Source: Alphaproteobacteria bacterium (GTDB lineage: Bacteria; Pseudomonadota; Alphaproteobacteria; Micropepsales; Micropepsaceae). Taken from it: a DNA stretch of 64,000 nucleotides. The stretch spans positions 31,389 through 95,388 of the forward strand of contig JAFARO010000016.1 in assembly GCA_019245415.1 (NCBI GenBank), written 5' to 3'. Below, in pieces: positions 8,399-18,263 of this stretch (positions within the stretch are counted from its first letter, which is position 1; every line of letters begins with the position of its first letter). The notes beneath the pieces are model-generated. The model searched no databases. It had not been told where the DNA came from and saw nothing but the letters and a program-made list of their open reading frames with translations. The translations under genes and the position numbers were made by a program.

Positions 8399-9630
8399 TC
8401 GAGGTCGTGACCTTTGGCTGCCGGCTCAACGCCTATGAATCGGAAGGTGTCAAGGCGCGCGCGCGCGATGCGGGCATCGACGACGCCATCGTCTTCAACA
8501 CCTGCGCGGTAACGGCCGAAGCGGTGCGCCAATCGCGCCAGGCGATCCGCAAGGCGCGGCGCGAAAACCCGGGCGCGCGCATCGTCGTCACCGGCTGCGC
8601 GGCGCAGACCGAGCCCGGGACCTATGCCGCGATGAACGAAGTCGATCACGTGCTCGGCAACGCCGAGAAGCTCGATCCGGCGACTTGGCTGACTCTCGGC
8701 GCCGAACGCGTGCGGGTGAACGACATCGGCGCGGTCAAGACATTGGCGCCGCAATTCGTCGACGGCTTCGAGGGCCGAACGCGCGCCTTCCTGCAGGTGC
8801 AGAACGGCTGCGATCACCGCTGCACCTTCTGCATCATTCCCCATGGCCGCGGCAGCGCGCGCAGCGTGCCGATGGGCGCGGTGGTCGAGGAGGCGCGCCG
8901 GCTGACCGAAAAAGGCACCGCAGAGATCGTGCTCACCGGCGTCGATCTGACGTCGTATGGCGGCGATCTGCCGGGCCGGCCATCGCTCGGCCGGCTGGTG
9001 CGCAAGATCCTGAAGCATGTCCCGGAGATCAAGCGGCTGAGGATCTCCTCCATCGATTCCATCGAGGCCGATGACGACTTATGGCGCGCCGTCGCCGAGG
9101 AAGCGCGGCTGATGCCGCATTTCCATCTTTCCGCGCAATCCGGCGACGATCTGATCCTGAAGCGCATGAAGCGCCGCCACAGCCGCGCCGACACCGTCGC
9201 GTTCTGCGAACGGGTGCGCGCCTTGCGCCCCGATGCGGCTTTCGGCGCCGATCTGATTGCTGGCTTCCCGACCGAGAGCGAGGCGATGTTCGACAACACG
9301 CTGAGGCTCGTCGACGATGCGGGCCTCGCGTTCCTGCACGTCTTTCCGTTCAGCGCGCGCAAGGGAACGCCGGCAGCGCGCATGCCCCAGCTCGGCCGCG
9401 GCCTGGTCAAGGAACGGGCGGCGCGGCTGCGGGCCAAAGGCGATCGGGCGCTGGCGGCGCATTTCGCAGGGCTGGTCGGCTCGGAACAGACCTTATTGAT
9501 GGAGACGGACGTGCTCGGCCGCACTCCATGCTTCGCGCCCGCGCGCGTGAGCGTTCCCGGCGGCGGTCCGTTCCGCCGCGTGCGCGTCACCGGCGCAGAC
9601 GCAGCGCATCTTGTCGCGGAGCCGGCATGA
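8395..9630 (+). CDS. mtaB: tRNA t6A methylthiotransferase (radical SAM)
   Basis: GTG start in GTGA overlap; TFGCRLNAYE, NTCAVT, GCDHRCTFC. Confidence 0.95.
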   Translation: MIEVVTFGCRLNAYESEGVKARARDAGIDDAIVFNTCAVTAEAVRQSRQAIRKARRENPGARIVVTGCAAQTEPGTYAAMNEVDHVLGNAEKLDPATWLTLGAERVRVNDIGAVKTLAPQFVDGFEGRTRAFLQVQNGCDHRCTFCIIPHGRGSARSVPMGAVVEEARRLTEKGTAEIVLTGVDLTSYGGDLPGRPSLGRLVRKILKHVPEIKRLRISSIDSIEADDDLWRAVAEEARLMPHFHLSAQSGDDLILKRMKRRHSRADTVAFCERVRALRPDAAFGADLIAGFPTESEAMFDNTLRLVDDAGLAFLHVFPFSARKGTPAARMPQLGRGLVKERAARLRAKGDRALAAHFAGLVGSEQTLLMETDVLGRTPCFAPARVSVPGGGPFRRVRVTGADAAHLVAEPA

Positions 9631-10571
9631 GGGATTTCGGCGAGGCACCGCCGCCGCTGACCCTGTTCGAGCGGTTGAAGGAAGGCCTGTCGCGCTCGAC
9701 ACGCGGCTTGAGCGACAACGTCACGGCGATCCTGTCCGGGCGAAAGCTCGACGCCGCGACGCTCGGCGAGCTCGAGGAGGCGCTGATCCGCGCCGATCTC
9801 GGCGCGGCGCAGGCGCACGCCATCGCCCAGGCCATCGGCAAGGACCGGCACAGCATTGCGATCTCGGACTACGATCTGAAGCGGCTGCTCGCCGCGGAGA
9901 TCGCGAAGATCCTGCAACCCGTCGAGAGGCAGCTCACCGTGGACCGCGCGAAGAAACCGTTCGTGGTCCTTGTCGCGGGAGTCAACGGAGCCGGCAAGAC
10001 GACGACCATCGGCAAGCTGGGCAAGCATTTCGCCCGCCAGAAGCTCAAGGTGATGTTTGCGGCCGGCGACACGTTCCGCGCCGCGGCCATCGAGCAGTTG
10101 CGGATCTGGGGCGAGCGCATCGGCGCCGAGGTCGTGGCAGGCGCGCCGGGCGCGGATGCGGCGGGGCTTGCGTTCGACGCGCTCGCCAGGGCCCGCGCCA
10201 CGGATGCCGACGTGCTCCTGATCGACACCGCCGGCAGGCTGCAGAACAAAGCCGGGCTGATGGCGGAACTGGAGAAGATCGTGCGCGTCCTGCGCAAGCT
10301 CGATCCCACAGCGCCCCACGCCACGCTCTTGGTGCTCGACGCCACCACGGGGCAGAACGCCATCGCGCAGGTGGACGTCTTCCGCAACACCGTGCCGCTG
10401 ACGGGACTGATCATGACCAAGCTGGACGGCACCGCAAAGGGCGGTATCCTGGTCGCGCTCGCCGCGCGCTTCGGGTTGCCCATCCATTTCATCGGCGTAG
10501 GCGAAGGCGAGGACGACCTGCAGACCTTCTCCGCCGAGAATTTCGCCAAGGCCCTGACGGGGGCGGCATGA
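9627..10571 (+). CDS. ftsY: SRP receptor FtsY (short NG form)
   Basis: GVNGAGKTTTIGK, DTFRAAA, DTAGRLQ, TKLDGTAKGG. Confidence 0.97.
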   Translation: MRDFGEAPPPLTLFERLKEGLSRSTRGLSDNVTAILSGRKLDAATLGELEEALIRADLGAAQAHAIAQAIGKDRHSIAISDYDLKRLLAAEIAKILQPVERQLTVDRAKKPFVVLVAGVNGAGKTTTIGKLGKHFARQKLKVMFAAGDTFRAAAIEQLRIWGERIGAEVVAGAPGADAAGLAFDALARARATDADVLLIDTAGRLQNKAGLMAELEKIVRVLRKLDPTAPHATLLVLDATTGQNAIAQVDVFRNTVPLTGLIMTKLDGTAKGGILVALAARFGLPIHFIGVGEGEDDLQTFSAENFAKALTGAA

Positions 10572-11128
10572 ATCCGCAGCTGCGCCGCCTCGCCCTCGAT
10601 CTCGGCCCGCTGGCGATATTTTTCGTCGCCTACCAGTTCCTCGGCCTCTATCCCGCGACCGCGGTGTTCATGGCGGCGGTGCTCGTCGCGCTCGCGCTCG
10701 ACTATGTCTTGGAGAAGAAGCTCTCGCCGGTGCCGATCCTGAGCGCGGTGCTGGTGCTGATCATGGGCGGGCTGACGCTCACGCTGAAGAACGCGGTGTT
10801 CATCTACATGAAGCCAACCGTGCTCTATGCGATCTTCGGCGCGACGCTGCTCGGCGGCATGGCCTTCGACCGGTTGTTCCTGAAATACCTGCTATCCCTG
10901 GGCTTCGAGATGCCCGACAGCGCCTGGCGCAGGCTGACCTTGCGCTACGGTATTTTCTTTCTCGGCCTGGCCGTATTGAACGAGATCGTGTGGCGCAACT
11001 TCCCCGAACCTACCTGGGTTGCGTTCAAGGCATGGGGGGTGATGCCCATCATCCTGCTTTTTTCGCTGGCGCAGGCGCCGTTCCTCATGCGCCATCAACG
11101 CGCTGCCGAGAGCGAGGGCGAGAACTGA
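10568..11128 (+). CDS. yciB: Inner membrane protein YciB (IspZ/septation protein A family)
   Basis: DLGPLAIFF, FIYMKPT, LNEIVWR, WVAFKAWG; follows ftsY. Confidence 0.92.
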   Translation: MNPQLRRLALDLGPLAIFFVAYQFLGLYPATAVFMAAVLVALALDYVLEKKLSPVPILSAVLVLIMGGLTLTLKNAVFIYMKPTVLYAIFGATLLGGMAFDRLFLKYLLSLGFEMPDSAWRRLTLRYGIFFLGLAVLNEIVWRNFPEPTWVAFKAWGVMPIILLFSLAQAPFLMRHQRAAESEGEN

Positions 11129-11219
11129 TCCGGTACAACTCTACGCTCCGCGTCCTGATCTTTTGATCCATGTCCGCATGCCGCATTGCAAGAGCGCCCT
11201 TTGCCGCGACAGAGAAGTG

Positions 11220-11248
11220 TTGTTCCCGGACGCGGACGCGTCTAGTCT
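11220..11248 (+). promoter_or_regulatory. Putative sigma70 promoter for MarR gene
   Basis: TTGTTC-N17-TAGTCT. Confidence 0.4.
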
Positions 11249-11347
11249 TGATCATTATCCGTGAAGGGATCGCCCGGCGTTCACGCGGGATGGGGTGCGG
11301 CCCGCGTCTCAGGCGGGTTTAGGTCGTAGAACACATCCGGGGGTGTC

Positions 11348-11854
11348 ATGAAGGGTCCGCGCAAGCCGAACGGTTTCGATCTTGCACAAGCGCCGTCGCA
11401 TCTCATCCGGCGCTGTCAACAATATTTCGGCGATCTCTATGCGCAGGAACCGGGCGCGCGCGACCTGACCACGCAGCAATTCATCGTGCTCGCGGCGCTC
11501 GAGCAGAACGAAGGCGTGAGCCAGACCGCGCTCGTCGAGATGACGGGCATCGACCGCTCCACCTTGGCCGAGATGGCGCGGCGCATGGTCGAGAAGGGAC
11601 TGCTCTCGCGCGAGCGCACCGAGGAAGACCAGCGCGCCAATGCGGTCGCCATCAGCGCCAGCGGCCGCAAGGCCCTGCGCTCGGCCAGGCTCGCGGCGGA
11701 ACGCGCCGAACGCGCGCTGCTGGAGCCCATCGCGGCCTCGGAGCGCGCCAAATTCATCCGGAATCTGGCCCTGATCGCGCAAGCCGCGGATGCCCATGCC
11801 GCGAGCGGCGGTCCCAAGCCCGGGCGCAAGCCCGCGCGGCGGCGCCGCGGCTGA
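11348..11854 (+). CDS. MarR family transcriptional regulator
   Basis: LTTQQFIVL, GVSQTAL, GIDRSTLAEM, GLLSRER, DQRA winged helix. Confidence 0.92.
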   Translation: MKGPRKPNGFDLAQAPSHLIRRCQQYFGDLYAQEPGARDLTTQQFIVLAALEQNEGVSQTALVEMTGIDRSTLAEMARRMVEKGLLSRERTEEDQRANAVAISASGRKALRSARLAAERAERALLEPIAASERAKFIRNLALIAQAADAHAASGGPKPGRKPARRRRG

Positions 11855-11863
11855 AAACCCGTT

Positions 11864-12049
11864 CTAGATGCGGATATCGAGGGTGCTGCCGGGCCTGGGG
11901 GGACGCCCCGACACGCCGGCCGCGGCGCGCGCCGCGGCGGGTTTCACGTCCGGGGCCTGGCGAAAATCCAGCGGCTCGAACGGTTTCGCCGCGGCCGGCT
12001 TCTGGACCGAGTGCTGCGCGGCAAGAACATTTGCGGCTGCGATCTGCAT
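11864..12049 (-). CDS. Putative small protein (61 aa) MQIAAANVLAAQ...RPGSTLDIRI
   Basis: ATG at 12049 just downstream of ccmG; Ala/Pro-rich linker and compact C-terminal G-S-T-L-D-I-R-I motif. Confidence 0.5.
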   Translation of the reverse strand: MQIAAANVLAAQHSVQKPAAAKPFEPLDFRQAPDVKPAAARAAAGVSGRPPRPGSTLDIRI

Positions 12050-12092
12050 GCGGACAAAATCGCAGAGCATGGTTTCGGAAGGGTAAAGCAGC

Positions 12093-12638
12093 TCAACCGC
12101 CCTTGGCGGCTGCCACTGCGGGCAGGAGCTGGTCCTTGAGCACCTCTTCGGTGATCTCGCCGACGATGCGTGCACGCACGACGCCGTGACCGTCGACGAC
12201 GAAGGTCTCGGGCACGCCATAGACACCCCATTCGATGCTGGCGCGGCCGTCGGAATCCAGCCCGATGCGGGCGAAGGGGTTTCCGTTCTCTGCCAGAAAA
12301 TTGCGGATGTTCGCCGGCGTGTCCTTCTGGACGAGGCCGTAGAGCGCGAAGTCCGCGCGCCCGGCCAGCCGAGCCAGCAGCGGCGCTTCGCTGCGGCACG
12401 GCGCGCACCAAGAGGCGAAGACGTTGACCACCGTTACATGGCCGGCGGCAAGGTCCTTGGGTCCGAAGCCTTGCGCCGCGGCATCGAGCGCCGCCAGTTC
12501 GAGGTCCGGCACCTTCTTGCCGATCAGCATCGAGGGCAGCGGCGCCTCGCCGGTCGCGCCGGTGCGATGCAGGGCGGCGAAGAACACCGCGGCCAGCACC
12601 AGGAAAACCCCGGCGGGAACCACATAGATCCACTTCAC
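12093..12638 (-). CDS. ccmG: Cytochrome c biogenesis thiol:disulfide oxidoreductase CcmG/DsbE
   Basis: NVFASWCAPC, WGVYGVPETF. Confidence 0.95.
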   Translation of the reverse strand: MKWIYVVPAGVFLVLAAVFFAALHRTGATGEAPLPSMLIGKKVPDLELAALDAAAQGFGPKDLAAGHVTVVNVFASWCAPCRSEAPLLARLAGRADFALYGLVQKDTPANIRNFLAENGNPFARIGLDSDGRASIEWGVYGVPETFVVDGHGVVRARIVGEITEEVLKDQLLPAVAAAKGG

Positions 12639-12778
12639 GGCTGCCTCTCCGCGTCCAGCGCCGCAAGCCTTTGGCGCGCGCGCAACCAGCCGCGCACCGT
12701 GAGCAGCACGGCCGCGCCCAATGCCGCCGCCGAGACGGCGTATCCGGCGAGAACATAAGCCGCGTAGGGACCGCTCAT
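12635..12778 (-). CDS. ccmD: Heme exporter protein CcmD
   Basis: MSGPYAAYVLAGYAVS + TM + basic tail; overlaps ccmC stop and ccmG start. Confidence 0.85.
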   Translation of the reverse strand: MSGPYAAYVLAGYAVSAAALGAAVLLTVRGWLRARQRLAALDAERQP

Positions 12779-13485
12779 CCGCCCTCCAGCATTACGGTGC
12801 GCGCGCGGCGCTCGAGGATCGCGGTCTCGATGCGCATCAGCCACAGGCTCACGAACAGCAGCGTGTAGCCGAGCGCCATCAGGAACAGCGGCCAGAGATA
12901 GACGCCGGCGATCAGCGGCCCGCCCGCGCGCACGATGCTCTCGCCCTGGTGCAGGGTCGTCCACCATTGCACCGAGAATTCGATCACCGGCAGATTGACC
13001 GCGCCGACCAGCGCGAGGATGGCGGCGGCCCGCGCGGCGCGGGTCTCGTCTTCGACCGCGTTCCACAGCGCGATGTAACCGAGATAGAGGAACAGCAGCA
13101 GCAGGAACGAGGTCAGCCTGCCGTCCCACACCCACCAGGCGCCCCACATCGGCCGTCCCCACAGCGAGCCGGTCAGCAGTCCGAGCGCGGTGAACAAGGC
13201 ACCCAGCGGCGCCGCCGCCTTCGCCGCCTGATCGGCCAGCGGATGGCGCCACACCAATCCCACCAGCGACGCCGCCGCCATCAGTCCATAGGCCATCATC
13301 GCGGTCCAGGCCGCAGGCACGTGCAGGAACATCAGCTTGACCGTCTCGCCCTGCTGGTAGTCCGGCGGCACGCGCAGGCCGAGCGCCAGCCCCGCGCCGA
13401 GCAGCAGCACCGTGGCGCCGGCAAGCCAGGGCCTGAGGGCTCGCGACAGCGCGAGGAACTTCGTCGGGTTGGCGTAGCGCAGCAT
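12775..13485 (-). CDS. ccmC: Heme exporter CcmC
   Basis: FLHVPAAW, WGRPMWGAWWVWD, WWTTLHQ. Confidence 0.96.
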   Translation of the reverse strand: MLRYANPTKFLALSRALRPWLAGATVLLLGAGLALGLRVPPDYQQGETVKLMFLHVPAAWTAMMAYGLMAAASLVGLVWRHPLADQAAKAAAPLGALFTALGLLTGSLWGRPMWGAWWVWDGRLTSFLLLLFLYLGYIALWNAVEDETRAARAAAILALVGAVNLPVIEFSVQWWTTLHQGESIVRAGGPLIAGVYLWPLFLMALGYTLLFVSLWLMRIETAILERRARTVMLEGG

Positions 13486-13488
13486 CGG

Positions 13489-14145
13489 TCAGCTCCCGAG
13501 ATTGAGCCTGACCGCGGCGGCAGTGGCAAACGGCGAAAGCACGCAGGCGCAGAAGGAAAAGGCCCCAAGCAGACCAAGCGCGCCGTTCGGGATGCCGTCG
13601 AGGACTTCCAGCACCGCCCCGGCGCCGAAGATCACCGCGGGCGCGAGCAGGGGCAGCACGATCAGGGGCAGGATCAGTCCGCCGCGCCGGACCGACAATG
13701 TCAGCCCCGCCCCTACCGCGCCGAGCGCGCTCACCGCCGGCGTGCCGAGCAGCAGCGAGACGAACAGCGCCAGCAAGGCCCGCGGCGGCAGTCCGAACAT
13801 CACGCCCAGCAGCGGCGACAGCAAGGTCAGCGGCAGACCCGTCGCCAACCAGTGCGCGGAGGCCTTGATCGCGGCGACCGCCTCCAGCGACAGCGGGGAA
13901 AGCGCGAGCAGGTCGAGCGAGCCGTCTTCGAAATCGGCCTGGAACAGCCGGTCGAGCGCCAGCAGGGCCGCCAGCACCGCCGCCACCCAAAGGACGCCGC
14001 CCGCGATGCGCGCAAGCCGCGGCAGCTCCGCGCCGACGCCCAGCGGGACCAGGGTGGCGACGCCTGCGAAGAACGCCAGCGCCAGCATCGCGCTGCCGCC
14101 GGCGCGCGCGGCCAGGCGCACGTCGCGCAGAAGCAGCGCGCTCAT
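13489..14145 (-). CDS. ccmB: Heme exporter permease CcmB
   Basis: LFQADFEDGSLD, HWLATGLP, LPLLAPAVIF. Confidence 0.95.
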   Translation of the reverse strand: MSALLLRDVRLAARAGGSAMLALAFFAGVATLVPLGVGAELPRLARIAGGVLWVAAVLAALLALDRLFQADFEDGSLDLLALSPLSLEAVAAIKASAHWLATGLPLTLLSPLLGVMFGLPPRALLALFVSLLLGTPAVSALGAVGAGLTLSVRRGGLILPLIVLPLLAPAVIFGAGAVLEVLDGIPNGALGLLGAFSFCACVLSPFATAAAVRLNLGS

Positions 14146-14744
14146 GCCAGCACCAGCCGGCGGGCCTCGATACCGAGCGGCTCATGCGTCGCGGCGACGG
14201 CGATGCCGCCGGCCGCGCAATGCGCCGCGATCAAGTCCGCGACGACGCGCTTGCCCGCCGGGTCGAGCGCGGCCAGCGGCTCGTCCAGCAGCCACAGCGG
14301 CCGGCCGCAGAGCCAAAGCCGCGCCAGGGCCACGCGCTTCTTCTGGCCGGCAGAGAGATATTGTCCCGGAAGATCGCCGAGCCGCGCCAGGCCGACCTGC
14401 TCCATCGCCCCCTCAAGCGCGCCCGCGCCGCGATGGAGCATGGCAAAGAAGGCCAGCGTCTCGCGCACCGTCATCTGCGGCTTGACCGCATCGTGATGGC
14501 CGAGCCAGCCGACCTGCTTGCCGCGCTCCTCGCCATCCTCGAGCGCCGTACCATCAATCCTTAGACGGACGGTACCGGACGCCGGTGCCAGAAAGCCCGC
14601 CAGCATCCGCAGCAGCGAGGTCTTGCCCGCCCCGTTCGGTCCTTCCACGCTGAGCACCGCCCCGGCCTCCACCGCAAAGCTCAAGTCGCGGAACACCATC
14701 CTCCCGCCGCGGACAGCGGCGAGGCGGGTTGCTTCGAGATGCAA
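14142..14744 (-). CDS. ccmA: Heme exporter ATP-binding CcmA
   Basis: GPNGAGKT, LSAGQKKR, LLDEP; TTG start at 14744 is my estimate. Confidence 0.93.
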   Translation of the reverse strand: MHLEATRLAAVRGGRMVFRDLSFAVEAGAVLSVEGPNGAGKTSLLRMLAGFLAPASGTVRLRIDGTALEDGEERGKQVGWLGHHDAVKPQMTVRETLAFFAMLHRGAGALEGAMEQVGLARLGDLPGQYLSAGQKKRVALARLWLCGRPLWLLDEPLAALDPAGKRVVADLIAAHCAAGGIAVAATHEPLGIEARRLVLA

Positions 14745-14775
14745 ATGTCGCGGCAGTTTTGCCCCGCCCCCTGAT

Positions 14776-14809
14776 CCGTCATGGCCGGGCTTGCGCCCCG
14801 AGCATGACG
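14776..14809. repeat. Truncated REP (CGTCATGGCCGGGCTT family)
   Basis: CGTCATGGCCGGGCTTG...GCATGACG; matches the left arm of 25265 copy. Confidence 0.55.
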
Positions 14810-14817
14810 CTGGTTCG

Positions 14818-15540
14818 TCAATACATATGCTGTCCGCCGTTGATCGACAGGGTCGAGCCGGTGATGAAGCCGGCCTCGTCGGCGACGAGGAAGAGCACCC
14901 CGCGGGCGATCTCCTCGGCATGGCCGAGCCGTCCGACGGGGATCTTCGCCACGATCTTCTCGAGCACGTTGGCGGGGACCGCGGCCACCATGTCGGTGTC
15001 GATATAGCCGGGCGCGATCGCATTGACGGTGATGCCCTTGGGAGCGCCTTCCTGCGCCAGCGCCTTCGTGAAGCCGTGGATGCCCGATTTCGCCGCGGCG
15101 TAGTTCACCTGGCCGTACTGTCCGGCCTGGCCGTTGATCGAGCCTATATTGACCACGCGGCCGAAGCTGCGCGTCAGCATCCCTTCCCACGTCGCCTTGC
15201 ACATGTTGAAGCAGCCGCCGAGATTGGTGTCGAGTACCTCATCCCAGCCCTGGCGCGCCATCTTGCGCATGGTGCCGTCGCGGGTGATGCCGGCATTGTT
15301 GACGACGATGTCGACCGGCCCGAGATCGGCCACGACTTTTGCCACGCCTTGCTGGCATTGCTCGAAATCTGCGACATCCCATTTGTAGACCGCGATGCCG
15401 GTGCGCTCGGCGAAAGCCTTTGCGCGCTCGTCATTGCCGCAATAATTGGCGGCGACGCTGTAGCCGGCATTCTTGAGCCCGACCGAAATCGCCTCGCCGA
15501 TGCCGCGCGTGCCGCCGGTGACGATCGCTACCCGTGCCAT
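14818..15540 (-). CDS. phbB: Acetoacetyl-CoA reductase
   Basis: TGGTRGIG, NNAGITRD, GQYGQVNYAAAKSG. Confidence 0.93.
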   Translation of the reverse strand: MARVAIVTGGTRGIGEAISVGLKNAGYSVAANYCGNDERAKAFAERTGIAVYKWDVADFEQCQQGVAKVVADLGPVDIVVNNAGITRDGTMRKMARQGWDEVLDTNLGGCFNMCKATWEGMLTRSFGRVVNIGSINGQAGQYGQVNYAAAKSGIHGFTKALAQEGAPKGITVNAIAPGYIDTDMVAAVPANVLEKIVAKIPVGRLGHAEEIARGVLFLVADEAGFITGSTLSINGGQHMY

Positions 15541-15612
15541 GCCTTGCTCCTGGAAATGGTGGACCGGCCCGAGCCTAAACCGGATCGCGGGCGCATATCC
15601 ATAACGCGTCTG

Positions 15613-15885
15613 TCAGGCGGGCGGCTTGCGGCTCGCGGACATGACCGCCGCGACCAGGCCGAGCGTCAGGCCGACGCTCAGCGCGATCAGCGCCGAGACG
15701 CCGAGATGCGCATTGATGCGGCGCTGGGTCCGGTGCATCAAGAAACGCGTCTCCGCCGCCACGTCCGCGGCCGAATCCTGCACCCGCCGCTCGAGCTGGT
15801 GGACCAGCCTGCCCATATCGGCGCGAAACTCTTCGAGCGCGCCATGCTGCCCGTCCTGGGGATCTTCGATGTACACGTCGGTCAT
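15613..15885 (-). CDS. Small C-tail-anchored membrane protein (ElaB/YqjD/DUF883-like)
   Basis: Helical N-terminus plus C-terminal TM ALIALSVGLTLGLV. Confidence 0.55.
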   Translation of the reverse strand: MTDVYIEDPQDGQHGALEEFRADMGRLVHQLERRVQDSAADVAAETRFLMHRTQRRINAHLGVSALIALSVGLTLGLVAAVMSASRKPPA

Positions 15886-15910
15886 GGGAACGCCATCTGC
15901 GGGTTGCGCT

Positions 15911-16969
15911 TCATTGTAGCATCCGCCGCTTGAGGTCGCGCGGAGTTTCGCCGGTCCAGCGTTTCACCGCGCGGGTGAATGCCGCGGGGTCGGAAAAGCC
16001 GACGAGATAGGCCGCTTCGGTCACCGACACTTTCCCGGCCTGAAGGTAATCGAGCGCCAGGCGCCGGCGCAGCGCCTCAAGCACCTTTTCAAAAGTCAAT
16101 CCTTCGGCCTTCAGCCGCCGAAACAGGGTTTGCCGGCTCATCCCCATCTGGGCCGCGACGGCCTCCATGCTGGCGGAGCCCTTGTGTAGGACGGGCAACA
16201 GAAGGCGCTCGACCGCGCCGCGCGTTGTCGTGGCGGCCTCGAGCTCCTTGAGCAGCGCATCGGCGCGAGCGCTGAGAACGCCGAAAACGTAGCGCGACGA
16301 ATTGGGGATCGTCATGGACAGGAACGAATCGTCCGCCATCAAAAGCGCGTTGCGGTCGCTCTCGAACACCACGGGCAGTCCGAATACCCTGTCGTACTCG
16401 TCGCGATAGGAAGGCGCCTTGTGGCTGACGTGGATCGCGCGCACGAAGTCGCGCTCGGCGCGCTTGCGCTGAGATGCCGCCGCCATGCGCGCGAACGAGG
16501 ATTCCGTCAGCTCGGGAAATGCGTTGGGATCGCTGCGCGTGTCGACGAGCCAGACCTGGCCCATCTCGCGCTGCAGGACCAGCCGGCGGCCTAGCGGATC
16601 GTCGACGGCAATGTCGATGACGAGCTGGCCGTAGCGCCCGATCTGCTCGAGCGCCTCGCCCATGGTTTGGCAGGACATCCCGATCAGGCCGACGATCGAC
16701 AAGGCGTCCATCGTGAAGGCCTCGCCGAAATGCAATGCCAAAGCGGGGTCGCGCGCGAGCTCCTTGGCGGCCTGCATCAGCGCAACATAGCGCGGCATCG
16801 GAACGCGGAAATCCGGATCGGCAAGTTCTTCCGGCGCGATCGCGGCCCGGTTCAGCAAGACCTCCCGCGGCGCGCCTTTCGCAACTGCGAGATCGCAGAG
16901 CGCCCTGGCGAATCCCGCGGCGATGGTGGGCCTGTTACCTGCGATCAAGGTTTTGGCGCCTCGAAACAT
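15911..16969 (-). CDS. AraC family regulator (large N-terminal ligand domain)
   Basis: C-terminal VAAQMGMSRQTLFRRL and AYLVGFSDPAAFTRA; start approximate. Confidence 0.92.
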   Translation of the reverse strand: MFRGAKTLIAGNRPTIAAGFARALCDLAVAKGAPREVLLNRAAIAPEELADPDFRVPMPRYVALMQAAKELARDPALALHFGEAFTMDALSIVGLIGMSCQTMGEALEQIGRYGQLVIDIAVDDPLGRRLVLQREMGQVWLVDTRSDPNAFPELTESSFARMAAASQRKRAERDFVRAIHVSHKAPSYRDEYDRVFGLPVVFESDRNALLMADDSFLSMTIPNSSRYVFGVLSARADALLKELEAATTTRGAVERLLLPVLHKGSASMEAVAAQMGMSRQTLFRRLKAEGLTFEKVLEALRRRLALDYLQAGKVSVTEAAYLVGFSDPAAFTRAVKRWTGETPRDLKRRMLQ

Positions 16970-17046
16970 GGCGGGACACGGTTTGCGTCCCCACCTTAGC
17001 AGACGCAAGCATTGGGCGCTTCGGGCAAGAGGAAGGCGGCGGGGCC

Positions 17047-17520
17047 ATGGGACGGCTGTTTCCCAGACAATTCGACAATGATTACCGGGGCCTGAGAACC
17101 GGGCTGTGGCTGCTCGTTGCGGTGCTGGCGCTGAAGGCGCTGCAGGGCGCGAACTCGATGTTCGATCCGGTCCGAATCATGACGAGCGCCGACGGCATCG
17201 CGGTTCAGACCTACCCGCCCGAGATCGCGGCGACCGCGATTCAGATGTTCGCGCTGCTGGGCTTATGGCTGCTGGTTCTTCCCCTGATCGGCATTGTCGC
17301 ACTGATCCGCTACCGCGCGATGATCCCTTTCGTCTACCTGATGCTGCTCTTCCAGCAGATCGGCGCACGCGCCCTGCACTATGTCTATCCGGACGATCGC
17401 GCGGCCGGCACACCCATCGGCGTGTTCGTCAATCTCGCGATCCTCGGCGTGACCGTGCTGGGCTTCGCGCTGTCTCTGATACCGAGAGCCCGCGCAGCCG
17501 CGACTGCAGGTGCTGAATGA
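17047..17520 (+). CDS. Hypothetical membrane protein (4 TM)
   Basis: SD GGAAGG region upstream of ATG; hydrophobic helices; ATGA overlap with the next gene. Confidence 0.75.
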   Translation: MGRLFPRQFDNDYRGLRTGLWLLVAVLALKALQGANSMFDPVRIMTSADGIAVQTYPPEIAATAIQMFALLGLWLLVLPLIGIVALIRYRAMIPFVYLMLLFQQIGARALHYVYPDDRAAGTPIGVFVNLAILGVTVLGFALSLIPRARAAATAGAE

Positions 17521-18263
17521 CGCCGTTCCCTCCGCCCGTTCATCCCTACCTCCCGTGGATCGCCGTGCACATCGCTGCGGGCTGCATCGGGATCCTCGCC
17601 GGCTACACGGCCGTGTTGGCTGCCAAGGGCGAGCGCCTGCACCGCAGGATCGGCACGGTCTTCGTCGCGGCGATGCTGACGGCCATGTCCGTCGCCGTCT
17701 ATCTCGCGGTCTCGCTGCTGGGAGTCCTGAAGGGACAGATTCCCAATGTCGCCGGCGGCGCGCTGGGCTCCTATCTCGTGCTCTCGGGCTATCTGACGGT
17801 GAAGCGCAAGGAGGGCACGATCGGCCTTTTCGAGCGCGTCTCCTTCCTCATCCCGCTCGCTCTGGGCGCATTGTTCGTGTTCTGGGGCGCCACAGCAGTG
17901 AACAGTCCGACGCATTCCTTCGACGGATACGGTCCGCCCCTGTTCTTTATCTTCGCGGCGATCTCGGCACTCCTGGCCGCGCTGGATATCAGGGTGCTGA
18001 TCAGGGGCGGATTGACCGGCGCGGCGCGCATCTCCAGGCATCTGTGGCGCATGTGCGGCGCCTTCTTCTTTGCGAGCGGCTCGTTCTTCCTCGGTCAGCA
18101 GAAGGTGATGCCGGTGTGGATGCACGGCTCGCCCGTGCTCCTGGTGCTGGCATTTGCTCCCCTCGCCTTTCTGGTGTTCTGGCTGATCCGCGTCCGGATA
18201 GGCCGCCGGTTCAAAGCGCCCGCCCTCGTAGGCCACGGCGCTCCCGCGCGCCGCCCGCTCTAG
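17517..18263 (+). CDS. DUF2306-like multi-TM protein
   Basis: HIAAG..., KGERLHRRIG, RHLWRM motifs. Confidence 0.75.
   Translation: MTPFPPPVHPYLPWIAVHIAAGCIGILAGYTAVLAAKGERLHRRIGTVFVAAMLTAMSVAVYLAVSLLGVLKGQIPNVAGGALGSYLVLSGYLTVKRKEGTIGLFERVSFLIPLALGALFVFWGATAVNSPTHSFDGYGPPLFFIFAAISALLAALDIRVLIRGGLTGAARISRHLWRMCGAFFFASGSFFLGQQKVMPVWMHGSPVLLVLAFAPLAFLVFWLIRVRIGRRFKAPALVGHGAPARRPL

Noticed and set aside
12093-14744. Missing ccmE/F/H as an anomaly
   Set aside because: The split ccmABCDG versus ccmEFH arrangement is normal in alphaproteobacteria.
14818-15540. Complete PHB operon
   Set aside because: Only phbB is present; no phbA or phbC in the window.
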